Both the position numbers and the translations under genes were made by a program. A stretch of 59,091 bases of DNA. Origin: Cenococcum geophilum. Its lineage: Eukaryota. The stretch covers positions 33,604,001-33,663,091 of the forward strand of contig CP158635.1 of the NCBI GenBank assembly GCA_050273025.1. Reading direction: 5' to 3'. Numbering within the stretch: the first letter of the stretch is position 1; every line of letters starts with the position of its first letter. Below the pieces are notes generated by a model. It was not told the origin of the DNA and searched no databases. It worked only from the letters and a program-made list of their open reading frames with translations. Of the stretch, positions 29,830 through 42,015 are shown piece after piece.

Positions 29830-31000
29830 TTCCTATTAGCTAAAATATTATCAATTAAACTTTACCGAAGCTTTATAATTCTAGCTATTATAAAAAATAA
29901 TCTTATAGTAAACTCCGTCTTAAAAGCTTATAAAACAGCTAATTGCTCTATAGGATCTAGGTTATTAAACTTATAGATAAACTTTATAAAGGCCTTCTCT
30001 TAAGGAGACTTTTAGGCGATTAATTCTCTTATAGCCCTTATCTCTCTCATTACCTTCTCTACCGTCTTCTTTAGTACCTTTATAACTCTCTATCTTCCTT
30101 ACTAGCGCTTTATATTAGATTTAGTAGCTCTAGTAGCTTACTTAATAGCCCGCTTCCGTATAACTAGTAAAGAAGGTTAATTTAGCATTAAGGAAAATCT
30201 AAAAGGACTAGGGTACTTAGCTAAAGGTAAGCTTAATTAACTGCCTTTAATAGAGCTACGAGCTAACTTTAACTTAAAGGCCTTATCTACTTCCTCCTTA
30301 ACCTCCTCCTTAGCCTCCTTTTTATCTTCCTTATCTACTAAACTTAATACCTATAGGGCTACCGCTAAGAGAAGTTCGGGGTCTATAAAGCTTTTAATTA
30401 CTTTATTAATCGACCTTATATAACTACCTATTGCTAAAACTCTATTAAATAGCTCCTATAGTAGATTTAGGAAGGTAGGCGGCATATTATAAAACTTCTT
30501 AGTAATAAGATTAGCTTTAAAGTAGACCTTTATAACTTCCTTACTAGTAATAGGCACGCCTTTATTTTTATTTTACCCCTAGCTAAAGAGGTTATAGAGC
30601 TCCTTCTATAGCTTTTAATCCTTTTTATAATTATTATACTTACTCTTAATTTACTTAAGAGTAATAGGCTACTAGGTAATAGTAATTATATAATTAAAAG
30701 CAATCTTTTAGCCGTTAGATTTATAAGAGCTATTTATATAATATCTTTTCTTAACGGCCTTAATAAGGCCTTCTAATATCGCTTTCTTTATCTTACCTAT
30801 CTATCTTAAATACGTATTTCTATATATTATAGGCGTTATAGGCGTTATAGGCGTCGCTATAACTCTACTATAGCTCTTATAAGAGGTGGATAAAGGTATA
30901 AAAGGTATTAATTATAAAAAGGGCGTTAGTTAAGGAGGAGGCTCTATTAATATATTAAAGTAGGGAGTTATAATAGAGGCCTAGTAGTAGAGAGGGCTTA
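29830..31000 (-). pseudogene. Harbinger Myb/SANT-like DNA-binding protein relic
   Basis: Minus strand ~30810-30510: LRWTxEME.AMLEGL..YKSDGW..QIKSK..KKDWKLWKEL..SGWGWDE after de-RIP. Ends approximate. Confidence 0.8.
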
Positions 31001-31914
31001 CTTAAATTAATTACTAACGTTAATTATATATTATATAAAGTTAAATCTAAAGCCTTATCTAGAGCTACTAAATAATAGCCTTAATTACAGATTTAAATAA
31101 GCTATAGTAGTTAGCTGCTACTAATTATAAAATAGGTAATACTAAAAGATATATAGATTAAATAGTTATAATATAGAGCTAATTTACAACTAAACAACCC
31201 CTTAGAAAAAAAGGGTAGTTAAGCTTTAAATAATATTAGTAACTTAGTTAATTAAGGTATAAGTATAATAAGAAGGATGCGTAAGCCTATATAATTAGTA
31301 GTCTATAAATAAGGATTTAAAGCTAAAGAAAAGAAAGGAGAAGAAGAGTAGTGCTAGTTAAAGTAGGGTTCTTTTATACGGTTCTCTAGTTATATAACTA
31401 TAAAGTTTTACTAAGTTTTACTAGTTAAGTTCTACTAAGTTCTACTAGTGCTATAATAGTTACTATTTTTTATATCCTAGCTACTGTTCTTATTTTAAAA
31501 GGACTTATTTAGAGCTATATATATATATTTATTTAAGCATTAATAATTATATCCTTAAGCTTCTTATAAGTAGTATAGGCCTTACTAAACTAGCGCTATA
31601 TAAGTAAAGCCTAGATACCCTTAATAATAGTATATAGTAAAGTAGCTTCCTTTAACTTTATACGCCTAATAAGGTCTTTAAAAACCTGCTATATATTAGC
31701 CTATATAATACTACTTTAGATTAACTAATTATAGACCGCACAGCTATTATCCCTAAAGGTCGCTGTATTGTTATAATAAGGAACATTAATACTAATAGCC
31801 TACGTACTATTATTAACACTAAGTATATTAATATATTATAGTTACTCTATATTTAGGTTCTTACTAGAATTTTATTAGCTATATAATACTATTAACCTTT
31901 CTAAAGTTCCCTTT

Positions 31915-33945
31915 ACTATATATACTTTTTAGGAAGCCTTTCTAAAAATATCTATATTATAGAACTTACCTATAATACCTATTTCCACTACTTTCTATCT
32001 ATTTTCTATTTTAATTATATTTTATTTCCCTACTATTAGAACTTATCTATTATATATTTTAAATTTAATATCTATTAAAAGATCTCTCCTTAAATATTAT
32101 CTTATATTATTAAACCTAATTACTACTCTAACTACCTCTTCCTTCCTTAATTTATCCTTTACTACTTATACCTAGCCATCTATAAAATTAAGTATTATAC
32201 CTATATTATATATAGTTCGTCTTTCTTTTATTTTACTATAGCTACTACTTAAATATTTATCTAAAGGCTTTCTAGAAGTGTTCTTAGTACCTTAGTTATA
32301 GGCTATACCTTTCTTACCTATACTATTGTTTTATAAACTAATAATTAACTATATGCCTTACTTAGTTAGATCCTTTATTAGTAAAAATAATTTATTCTTT
32401 CCTAAAGTAAAATAGACTTAGAAGAATAGATATAAAATTTAAATTATAAAAATTATAAAAAATAGTTAGTTAGAGCTTATATAATTATACTATATTAATA
32501 TTTGTTTTTCTAAATTTAAAGCTAAACTTCTATTCCCTTAACAACTTAATTTAATTTTTATTTTCTAAATTTTACCTTCTAAATTTCTATCTACTAGCTA
32601 TTAAAAATCTTATAAAAATAAACTACCTATAAAATTGTAATCTAACACTTGCATATATACGCGTCTATACTATTAATTATACTAAGCCTAATCCTAATCT
32701 ATATCTAAGCTGCATAATTTATATACTGAAAAAGGTTGTATATAGCCTTAATTCTATATAGTGTAACTTTATATATAAGGATTAAGTCCGTTTCTTTACT
32801 AACCCTAACTATCCCTATTAATAATGTATTAATTGCTTTATTTTAGACAACAACTGCTATTAAGTAAGTTTATACTAATATATACTTTACTACTCTAACT
32901 TATAATAAATAGGTCCCTAAAAAGTATGTTAATACTATAAAGGCTATAATAGGCAGATTACTTATTAATGGGAAGCCACCCTTAGCTGGAGCTAATATAT
33001 ACCCTAGACTATAGGCTAATAATAAGTAGCGCTATAAGACTAAAGAACTAGTACTAGCTCTAATGCGAACGTAAGTCTACTATATATTATAACCCTAATA
33101 TTATAATAACTAATATAGTATATTTATTAAAAAATATAGACCCGGTTCTCAAATTATATTGCACTTTAGTACTACGTTCTTTATTAATAATAAAGCTGAG
33201 ACTAAACCTTATATAAATGCTACTATAGTCGGTTATTAATTTTAAGCTATACTAGCTTAGTAAACTAATATTTATTAGGATATCTATAAGGAGTTTAGTA
33301 ATAGTTACCCTAATACTATAGCAGTTAATAAAGCGGCGCTAATAGTTGCACTTATAGAAGGGGTTAGGATATTACTTTTTAGGCATAAGTCTAAATAGTA
33401 TAAAGCGGCTAGTGTAGAGCTAGAGGCTATAGTAAATAGGTTTAAGTTAGAGTAACTCTAAGTTTACTTTTTTAGATATAGGGTTAATGGTTTTAAATTG
33501 TATATAGAGGACTTCTTAAGTTGGGTATTAGAGATATCCAATATTAATTTAAAATTGGTGATTAGGTTTATAGAGTAATTAAATATATTATATTATAATA
33601 AAGATATCTCTATAAAGTGGAAATAAATAGTAGTATATTATAATGGATTAATATATTATATAATATAGATTAAAGGGAGTTTTTAGAAAGGCTTTCTAAA
33701 AATGTCTATAGGTAGTATACTAGGAAATAAAATATAGTATATATTAGACCAAAGTATTTTAAAAATGGTGGTTATATTTAAAATATGTAATAGGTAAGTT
33801 TTAATAGTAGGTTAGTACAATATAGTTTAGAAAATAGTAGAAAATAGATTAATAGGTATAAAGTAGTAGAAAAAGAGGTATTATAGATAAGTTCTATAAT
33901 ATATATATTTTTATTTAGGGATTTTAAAAAAGGGTATATAGTTTA
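31915..33945. repeat. Pair of ~150-170 bp imperfect inverted repeats (31915-32065 and 33775-33945)
   Basis: tatattatagaacttacctataatacct (~31953) is the reverse complement of aggtattatagataagttctataatata (~33877); cctactattagaacttatctatta (~32029) of taataggtaagttttaatagtagg (~33788). Confidence 0.7.
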
Positions 33946-35191
33946 GAGAAGTGTAATATAAAATATAGCGATATAGTATTATTAGCAGTAAGGTAGTTTT
34001 AAAGGATAATAATTAGATTTAAATTATATAATAGATTGCTTATATAATCTAAAGTATATAAAAAAAAAATCTAATTAAAATCCTAAACTTTTAAAAGCTT
34101 ATTATAGAATAGAACCTAAATATTAAATTTAACTCTATTCTAAGTATCCTTTATTAATTTCAATTTCGGGATACTATAGATACTGCTCTTAGCCCTACTC
34201 GCTTAAAGGCCCGACCCGGCATTCCTTAATATCCTTAAATAACGACGTAATGATATAATCTTAAAGGTAAAGCTAAACGCTAATATGTGCATGGCATACT
34301 TAATAACAGTATTTAAAGCGTTTTAGGTTAATTGTGTTCCTAACTAGTGCATATTTATTAGCGTAGAAAGCTATAAATACTTTGACCTTAATCTTACCAA
34401 TAGCGCTTAACTATGTTGCTTATACCTTTAAGATAAAAATAAATGCTTTTAGGTATAAGATAGCTATATTATATAGTTCTAATATATACTAATATATATA
34501 GATGCCTAAATTGCTAGTATTGATAATAAAGAGTATTATAAGTCAATTTATAGTTAATGGAGTACTTCTTAAAGCTAAGAGCCGGATACTAGAGGAACTC
34601 GCTAAAGATAAAGTATAGGTTAGCGAAGTTAAGGAGCTGCAAAAGTAGGTAATTCTATTATTAGTATAGGGTTATAATATAATAGTAGTATACTAAGTAA
34701 TATAGGGTTTTAATAGGGATGTATAAAACTCTATTTAACGTCCTATAGTATATAGGACAAGAAGTATATATTGGGGTTTATATTAAGTTCTAGTAAATTA
34801 GTTTTATAAGTGCTAAATTATAATAAATAAGTAAGAAGAACTAACACTATAAGGGTATAAGAGGTTAGTAATTAGATCTATTATTAGTAATTAGTAAAGG
34901 AGTGTAGATATTACTAGCTAATAAAGACTTAGAGGAAGCTATTAGTATTAGTAAGGGTATTTAGGAAGCATTAACGAAGATTAAAGGCAATTAGTAGTAG
35001 ATTTTAATAAGAGGTAGAAATAGGGTAGGTAGTATACTCTATATAAGATGGAATTATAGAATAGTAGATTCTATAGTGTAATAAAGGGGTTATTATAGAA
35101 GAGAAGGTTATAAGTAGAGGATTTCTAAAAAGGCTTTTAAAAAATCCCCCCTTATAGTACCTCTTCCCCTAGTGGATTTTGTTTTGGGATT

Positions 35192-35305
35192 ATTAATAAA
35201 AGCTAGGCAATATATTAATAAGAGCTAGGTAATATATTAATAAGAGTTAGGTAATATATTAATAAGAGCTAGGTAATATATTAATAAGAGCTAGGTAATA
35301 AAATT
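35192..35305. repeat. 22-bp minisatellite, 5 copies (ttaataagagctaggtaatata)
   Basis: Direct reading. Confidence 0.9.
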
Positions 35306-36486
35306 AATAGGATTAAGGCTCTATAGCTATATAGATAATTTTAATTTTAGTGTTTGTATATAGTTTAAGTCTTATAGGATATTAGTAGGGAAAGGGGCGG
35401 CGGTAAAAAGTAATTGGATATTAATACTTTAGGCAAAAAATATAACGGTATTAAGAAATAATCAATTCTAGCATTAAATTAACTCTAACTTTAGTACTAA
35501 TTATAGTATAAAAAGTTTTATGCTTAAAGTTAGGTCTTTATTATTCTTCTATAAGCTTTAAAGGCTTTCTCTATAGTGATATAATATTACTATTTCTTAT
35601 AATTCTTCTTATTAAGTGTATAAGTCTTAAAGATATTTATAAGGTTATTAGCTAATAGAACTAAAGGTCTTCCGTTCTTCTTATTTATAAAAACTAAATA
35701 ATGGATTTTAAGAGGTGGAAGGCTAGTAGTAAGGGGCTCTTCTTAAACTGTAAGAGATTGTTTCTATATATTAGCAGGTATTGATTTTATAAGGTTATAG
35801 AGGTTTATAGGGTCTCTTCTAGTATTCTAAGACTTATAATAGGTTAAATATTAAGGTTTTCTAATATAGGAAGTATAAGGAGGCATTTTACTAAGTATTA
35901 AGTAAGTAGAGTAGAAGTAGAGTTAGTTTTTATAGTATAGGGGCGAAAAAAAGAGAATTTTTGGTGGGGTTAGATTGTGTTAATAAGTTATAGTATTGGA
36001 TTAAGTTTTGCTAGGGCGTTTATAATGTTATATATATTAGTTATATATATTATATTATAATATGTTTTAAATTTAGGCTTAGGTATATTTGGTTAAGATA
36101 AAGTTTCTTAATATTTTTAATATTTAATAATTATATTTTCTATAGATATAGAAGTTTTATAAGTTTATTAGGATTACTGTTAATTATAAAAAGTAGGTTA
36201 GAAAAGGAAAAGTTATAAAGAAAAGAGAATATATATATATAGGTATTAGTTAGGGAAAGGAGAGGGAGGAGTATATAATAGGGAGTTAGTAAGTAAGTTA
36301 AGTAGGTTAATAATATAAGTTAGGTTAATAATTATATTATATATATTAGCAGTTATAAGAAAACGGCTATAGGATAATAGGGGATATTTTCGGAAGGCTT
36401 TTAAAAAATGGGCATTATAGGTATATATTTATAGGATAGTAGTATTTAGTAGTAATTTAAATAGTAATAGTAAGTAAAATAATATT

Positions 36487-36636
36487 AACTAGGACGGGGT
36501 AACTAGGATAGGGTAACTAGGATAGGGTAATTAGGATAAGGTAACTAAGATAGGGTAACTAGGATAAGGTAATTAGAATAGGGTAATTAAAATAGGGTAA
36601 TTAGGATGGGGTAATTAGGACAGGTAACTAAGATAG
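36487..36636. repeat. 14-bp G-rich minisatellite, about 10 copies (ggatagggtaacta)
   Basis: Direct reading; least-mutated units ggacggggtaacta and ggatggggtaatta. Confidence 0.9.
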
Positions 36637-37019
36637 TAGTAGTAACTATTATAAGCCTTTTTTCCACTATACTATAAGTGGAATTATTTTTGCTGGCGAA
36701 AATTTCTAACTAAAGGTAAGGTGGAATTATTTATAAAATTATAAGAACCGTACCCTAAATAAGCCCCGATTTTAATATAATTTTAATATAATCTATAGCT
36801 ATACCTTAGCTATAATTCTATAAATTTAGAATTTAAAATTTTTATAATATACGGTTATAGTATAATAAAGAAATAATTAGTTTACGTTTCCCTTAGGTAT
36901 AAAAATTAGAAATACTACTTAGCTTATATATAACTTATAAAGACTTTAATATTTTCTTTTCCCTTTATATATATATATAATATATATAATAATCTACTAT
37001 AAATCTATAGTAAGTATAT

Positions 37020-38438
37020 TAAATAGTAATACGTTTATATAAGTAATAAAGATTATAAATATTTAGTATAAGAATAGCGTAAATAGTAGAGATATTAGAG
37101 GGATTTATATTAATAAAGGACTAGTTTTATTTATAATATTATACTATAAAGGATATAGCATAAATAAGAAGGTTAAGATTATTTATTAATATATATTAAA
37201 AAAAGTAAGTAAGATAGTTATATACTATTTATAGCTTAACTAATTATATATAAAGATTTTATAAATACTATATAGAGAATAGAATAAAATTTAAGCTTTT
37301 TTATAAAAGCTAGAGCTAAAAGAATAATAAAGTAATAGTAAGGATAAAAAGGATAAAAATAAGTAAAAAAAGATAAATATAATAGAATAAAGTAATAATA
37401 AGGGTAAAAGTAAGGGTAAAGATAATAGAGAAAGACTATAGGACTTATTTAAATTAGAGAAGGTAAAAGTAAGTAATTTAAATGGCTTTTAAAGCTTTAA
37501 TTATATATATAAAGTAATATAGTAAGAGATATTAGATAGAATAAACGTGTAAATTTTTATAAGTATTTAGTAATATATATATCTAGCTATATAAAAAGCG
37601 ATAATAAAAGATAAGGATATAATATAAAAATTAGATTTAATATATAAGAATAAAAAGAGTAATAATAAAATTAATAATATATAGGAGAGGTAATTTAGTT
37701 ATTATAGGTAGATAAAGGAGATAATATATAGAAGACTATTAATAAAATCACTGTTTTATACTATATTAAAAAGGTAAAAGTTTTAAAAAGTTAATATAAA
37801 TTAGTACTATATTTTAGAATTTTAGTTAATATTAAAAAAAATATTAATCTAAATATATAGTAATAGGTATAGTTAAAGTAGAAATAAAAGGAGTTTTAAT
37901 AATAAAGTATATTATATAAAATAGATTTTAAAAGGTAGCTTAAATAGCTAATAAGATTATAAGTAGAGTTTTAAGGGCTATAAAGACCTAAATTAGAGGC
38001 TATTATATAATAATAGTTATAAGTACTAATTATTATATATTAGGAGGTAAAAAAAGTATTTTCTTTATATAATTAGTAGTAAGTATAAAAATAGGAGTAA
38101 TAATTATAATTATACTACTAAATATATTATAAAAGGACTTTAAAAATAGATATAATAAGGTAGGAATTAGCTATATAAAATAAAATAAATAAAGGCCGCC
38201 TATTAAACTAGTATTATATTAGCTACTTTAAAAGTAATAGTATTAATAGTGTTTAGTAGGTTTATTAATAATTAAAAAGTAATAAAATAGCTAAATTAGA
38301 TCATGCTTAATAAATACTATATTTAATAGTAATATTACTATTTAAAAATATAATATAATTCTATATAGTAATAGAATTAAATAAAAAAAATATAGTTAAG
38401 TTTTAAAATAAAATAATAGGAATAAATATAAAGTATTA
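37020..38438 (+). pseudogene. Partial, more degraded duplicate of TLH copy 2 (corresponds to ~44080-45570)
   Basis: Colinear similarity, e.g. 37051-37250 vs 44108-44300; about 80 bp deleted at ~38320 between the DECH and YLTAT motifs. Confidence 0.85.
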
Positions 38439-39368
38439 GTATTTATATTAATTTAATAATATAAGTAAGTTATATTTAGGGGTGTAAAATATATATAGTA
38501 TTATATACTTATTTAGATAGTAGTAACTATTAATTTTATTAAGGTAAATTATATAGTCTATATACTAACGCGCCTTCCCTTTAATTAGTTAGTATATAAG
38601 TAGTTAATATACTAAACGCGTAACTATATATCTAGTATACTATATACTATAATTATATAGTTATATTAGTTACGCCAAAATTAGTAGTTAATAAAATTTT
38701 TAAAATTTTTATTAATTAATAGTAGCTAATAGGGCGGTTAGACTAGATAATAATTAATAAATATTATATTATTTTAAATTTAACTAAGGGTTAAAGGATA
38801 TATATATTAGGGTTATAAAATTTAGTTAAAATAAAGATATAGTTAATATATTTAATAGTAATAATATAGCTAAAAAATAAGGTAAAGTTTATATAATTAA
38901 TAGGGTTACTAATAAAAGAAAAAAGCTTATAATTATAGAACGATAAAATTAGACTAATTCGTTTAAAATAGCTATATAAAGGGATATTAAGAAATTAGGT
39001 AAATAATCTAATTCCTTTAAAATATAAGGGCTAATTTATTTAAGGTTTTTAGGCTTAAAATTTCCTAAAACTTATATAAATAGTAAAAGGGAGAAATAGC
39101 TAACCCTTAATATACTTAGATTAATAAAAACCCTAGGTTATAAGGGTTAAAGGGTTAAGTTTAAGTAGTTATAATAGGGACTTAGCAAAAATTTAAGTAA
39201 GAAATACTAAAATACTATAATATAATTTCGCGTAGAAGAGGTAGAACTTAGTACGGCAAGTTATATATAGGTATTAGATTTTAAATATCTATTATAATTA
39301 AGTTACTATATTACTATAAAGTTAAGGAATTTAGTGTTATTTTAATAGGGATTAACGTATAATATTAA

Positions 39369-39932
39369 GAGTATATTTAGTTATAAATTGGCCCTATCTT
39401 ATAACTATATAATATTACCCATTTTATAATTAATAGCGGCTACTATAGTGGCTTGTTTAAATCTAATAAAGGTAATTATTTAGTAGCTCTAAATTTAGCT
39501 TCGTATAATATATAATTAACTTTAGTAAGCAATTTAAGTAAGCCTATCTTTACTACTAGGCCTCTATTATAACTCCCTATTTTAGTATATTAATAAAGCC
39601 TCCTTAACTAATACCCTCTATAATTAACGCTTTCTATATATTTATTAACCTCTTATAAGTATTATAGCGCTAGTAGAAAACAGTTATATAGTGGCTAATT
39701 TTAGTATATTAATATACTAAAATATAAATTACGGTTATATAACTAAAAGATTATATAAAACTTTAAGCGGCGCTACCCTTCTCTTTTTCTTTCTCTAGCT
39801 TTAGATCCTTATTTATAGATAATCTAATTATATAGGCTTATATACGTCTTTCACTAATAGTAAAAGCTATAGTAGAGTTATAGTAACGGCTGTAATAGTA
39901 ATAGTATAAAGGAATACGCGTTTAATAAGATA
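39369..39932 (-). mobile_element. Terminal fragment of a related Harbinger element, inverted relative to 28139-31201
   Basis: Reverse complement aligns to ~30800-31201; degenerate TIR gagtatatttagttataa at 39369, preceded by TAA. Confidence 0.8.
39660..39859 (+). mobile_element. Solo LTR related to the Gypsy LTRs, inserted in the Harbinger fragment
   Basis: Begins tattatagcgctagtagaa and ends cactaata, matching the reverse complement of 22514-22748; flanks ATAAG/GTAAA duplicate a single ATAAG in the uninterrupted Harbinger. Confidence 0.75.
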
Positions 39933-40149
39933 ATAATATTATATTATATTAAATATAGAGAAGAAAAAAAGATGATTTTACTATATTAATATGCTAAAAT
40001 TAACTTCTAATATCTATAATATCTAGCCCTTTAAATTAATTTAATAGGGATTATATAGGGTAAAGACTAGGTTAAAACGATTTAAAAATATAATAAGAAA
40101 GTAATAAGCTAGAATTAATGCCGCTAATTTAAAAAAATAAATAGGGAAG

Positions 40150-41580
40150 AAATATCCTTAATTATTAGTATAGGATAGCGGTCGAATAACTAGATAACCT
40201 TAGAGAGATGTATTTCCTATAGTTAATTATCGCTTATATCTTTAATAAGAAGATAAGTATTTAGTAACTAATAGCTAGCTAATATATTTTATATAAAGTA
40301 CTCTATTAGTTAACTAAACTTAATAGCGTTTAGGTAAAAGTAGTTAATAAGGTTAAGAAATATATTAAATACAATTAATAAAAGGCGCTTTATAAAAGAA
40401 TAAGGTATTTTAAAAATAGGAATAAGGGTAAAAATACTAGAACTAAGGGTCTTTTATATATAATACCACTAATAGCCTTTAGTAAAACACTTTATAAAGT
40501 AGCGTTATTACTTAATAAATAGAGTAGAGAAGTTAGGTAGTAATAAAGAAGGTATATATATAAATAGGTAAAGTATATTAAAGAGCTAGTATTTAACTAA
40601 AGAGGTATTACTAATACCTCTACCTTATATAGTTAATGGTATATAATCTAAAAGTACTTATATATTTTAATAATAACTATAAAGGTATATAAGGTAATAG
40701 TAATATTTAATTTCTTAAAGTATTCTAGTTACTTTAATAGTAGTAAGGTTAAAAAAAGCCTTTTAAAAGCTAGATAGGGCGGCGTTTATATTTTAGCTAC
40801 TAGGCGTAAAAGTAACTAAAGATTATAATAATTAGGAAGAGTTTAAATCTATAGGGCCTTTTTTTTCACTAATAGGCAAGTATAGCCTTTATATTTTTAA
40901 TAGCTTCTCTATTACTAATAGCGCTTACCCTATAGATTAAAACGGACGCCTCCTATCTACCTATTTCTATATAGTTAGGCTAGTTAGCTAGCTAGGCAAG
41001 TTTCCTTCCGTTTTTCTATATATATATATTCTATATATTATCCTCTTTCTTAGTTATAAAGATATTAGAAAGCTTATTTTCTAACCTTATATACCTATTT
41101 CTTTTCTTATACCTATTTATATTACTAACGGTTATAATATACTTTAGGTTTAGTATAACTATATAATTCTAAATATATTTAATAGGTGGTTAAGATAAAA
41201 AAGTGTTAAATAATAGCCTTTTATCCTATATACTATTTAGATTAATAATAAACCAAAACTCTACTAGGCTACTATAGCTATTATTATCCTTACTCTATAG
41301 TTAAGAGTCTAAAATAATATTATTTATATTAACTAATTTAAGTCCCTATTTAGGCTTAGGTTTAAGTTATAAAAACACTTTAGGCCTATAGAACTAGCAA
41401 ATCTACTATAATATATCTTTAAGTAACTTTATAATAAAAAATAATAGGCTAAAGTTAGCGCTATTATATACCTATACTATAGGGGTATTAGTACTAATAA
41501 ATAATATAAAAAGTAAGTATAAAAAAAAGGTTTACGTTTTTTAAGGAGTTATACTAAAGGCTAGGATTAATATAGTTATA
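40150..41580 (-). pseudogene. Second copy of gene X block, divergent from TLH copy 2
   Basis: Colinear with 1-1490 (e.g. 66-108 vs 40213-40256; 1440-1490 vs 41531-41580) with small indels. Confidence 0.6.
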
Positions 41581-42015
41581 AGTATTTAATAATATAGAAA
41601 TAGGAAATAGTAGGCGCTTTACTAACCCCTTAAACGCGGAAATTAAAAACACTATTTCCCCTTTTAAATTCTTATATAAAAAACTAGGCCGGCCTTATAA
41701 AATAATTCTTAATAGGGAGGAATAGTATAAAAAGGGAGAGACGGTATAAAAAGAAGAATAACTCTAAACTAGTAATATAAGTTATTACTAGTAACGCTAT
41801 TAATAGGTTTATTTTAGGGGATAACCTATTTATACTTTATTAACGGGTAGCTATATTATATATAACGGCTAATTAAGTAAAAGTAAAAGGGCAAAATAAA
41901 GCGGTTTAGTTAAGGTAGTTAAAGTTTTAAGTAAAACTAGGGAAATAAAAGGGGAGATTATAGGTTAATATATAAGGGCTTAGATAGATATAAACAGTTA
42001 GTATATATTACTATT

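Larger units (their letters stand above)
28139..31201. mobile_element. Complete PIF/Harbinger DNA transposon nested in the Gypsy 5' leader
   Basis: TIRs GGGGTT(a/g)TTTAGTT(a/g)TAA at 28139 and inverted ending at 31201; TTA target duplication at 28136-28138 and 31202-31204; two convergent genes. Confidence 0.93.
22514..31458 (-). mobile_element. Full-length Ty3/Gypsy chromovirus-type LTR retrotransposon, RIP-inactivated
   Basis: LTRs 22514-22748 and 31234-31458 (TGTTA..TAACA ends after de-RIP); polypurine tract complement ttacccccccct at 22749; 5-bp target duplication ATTAC (22509-22513) / GTTAC (31459-31463). Confidence 0.93.
21500..31870 (-). pseudogene. Possible unknown gene split by the Gypsy insertion (parts ~31870-31459 and ~22513-21500)
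   Basis: Minus frame 31860-31460 reads as protein-like after de-RIP; 21500-21960 is purine-rich on the minus strand like a charged coiled coil. No family recognised. Confidence 0.3.

Noticed and set aside
26400..39160. Short TTAGGG-like words (26404, 32683, 39140) as interstitial telomeres
   Set aside because: One or two imperfect units, expected by chance in RIPed DNA; one lies within pol.
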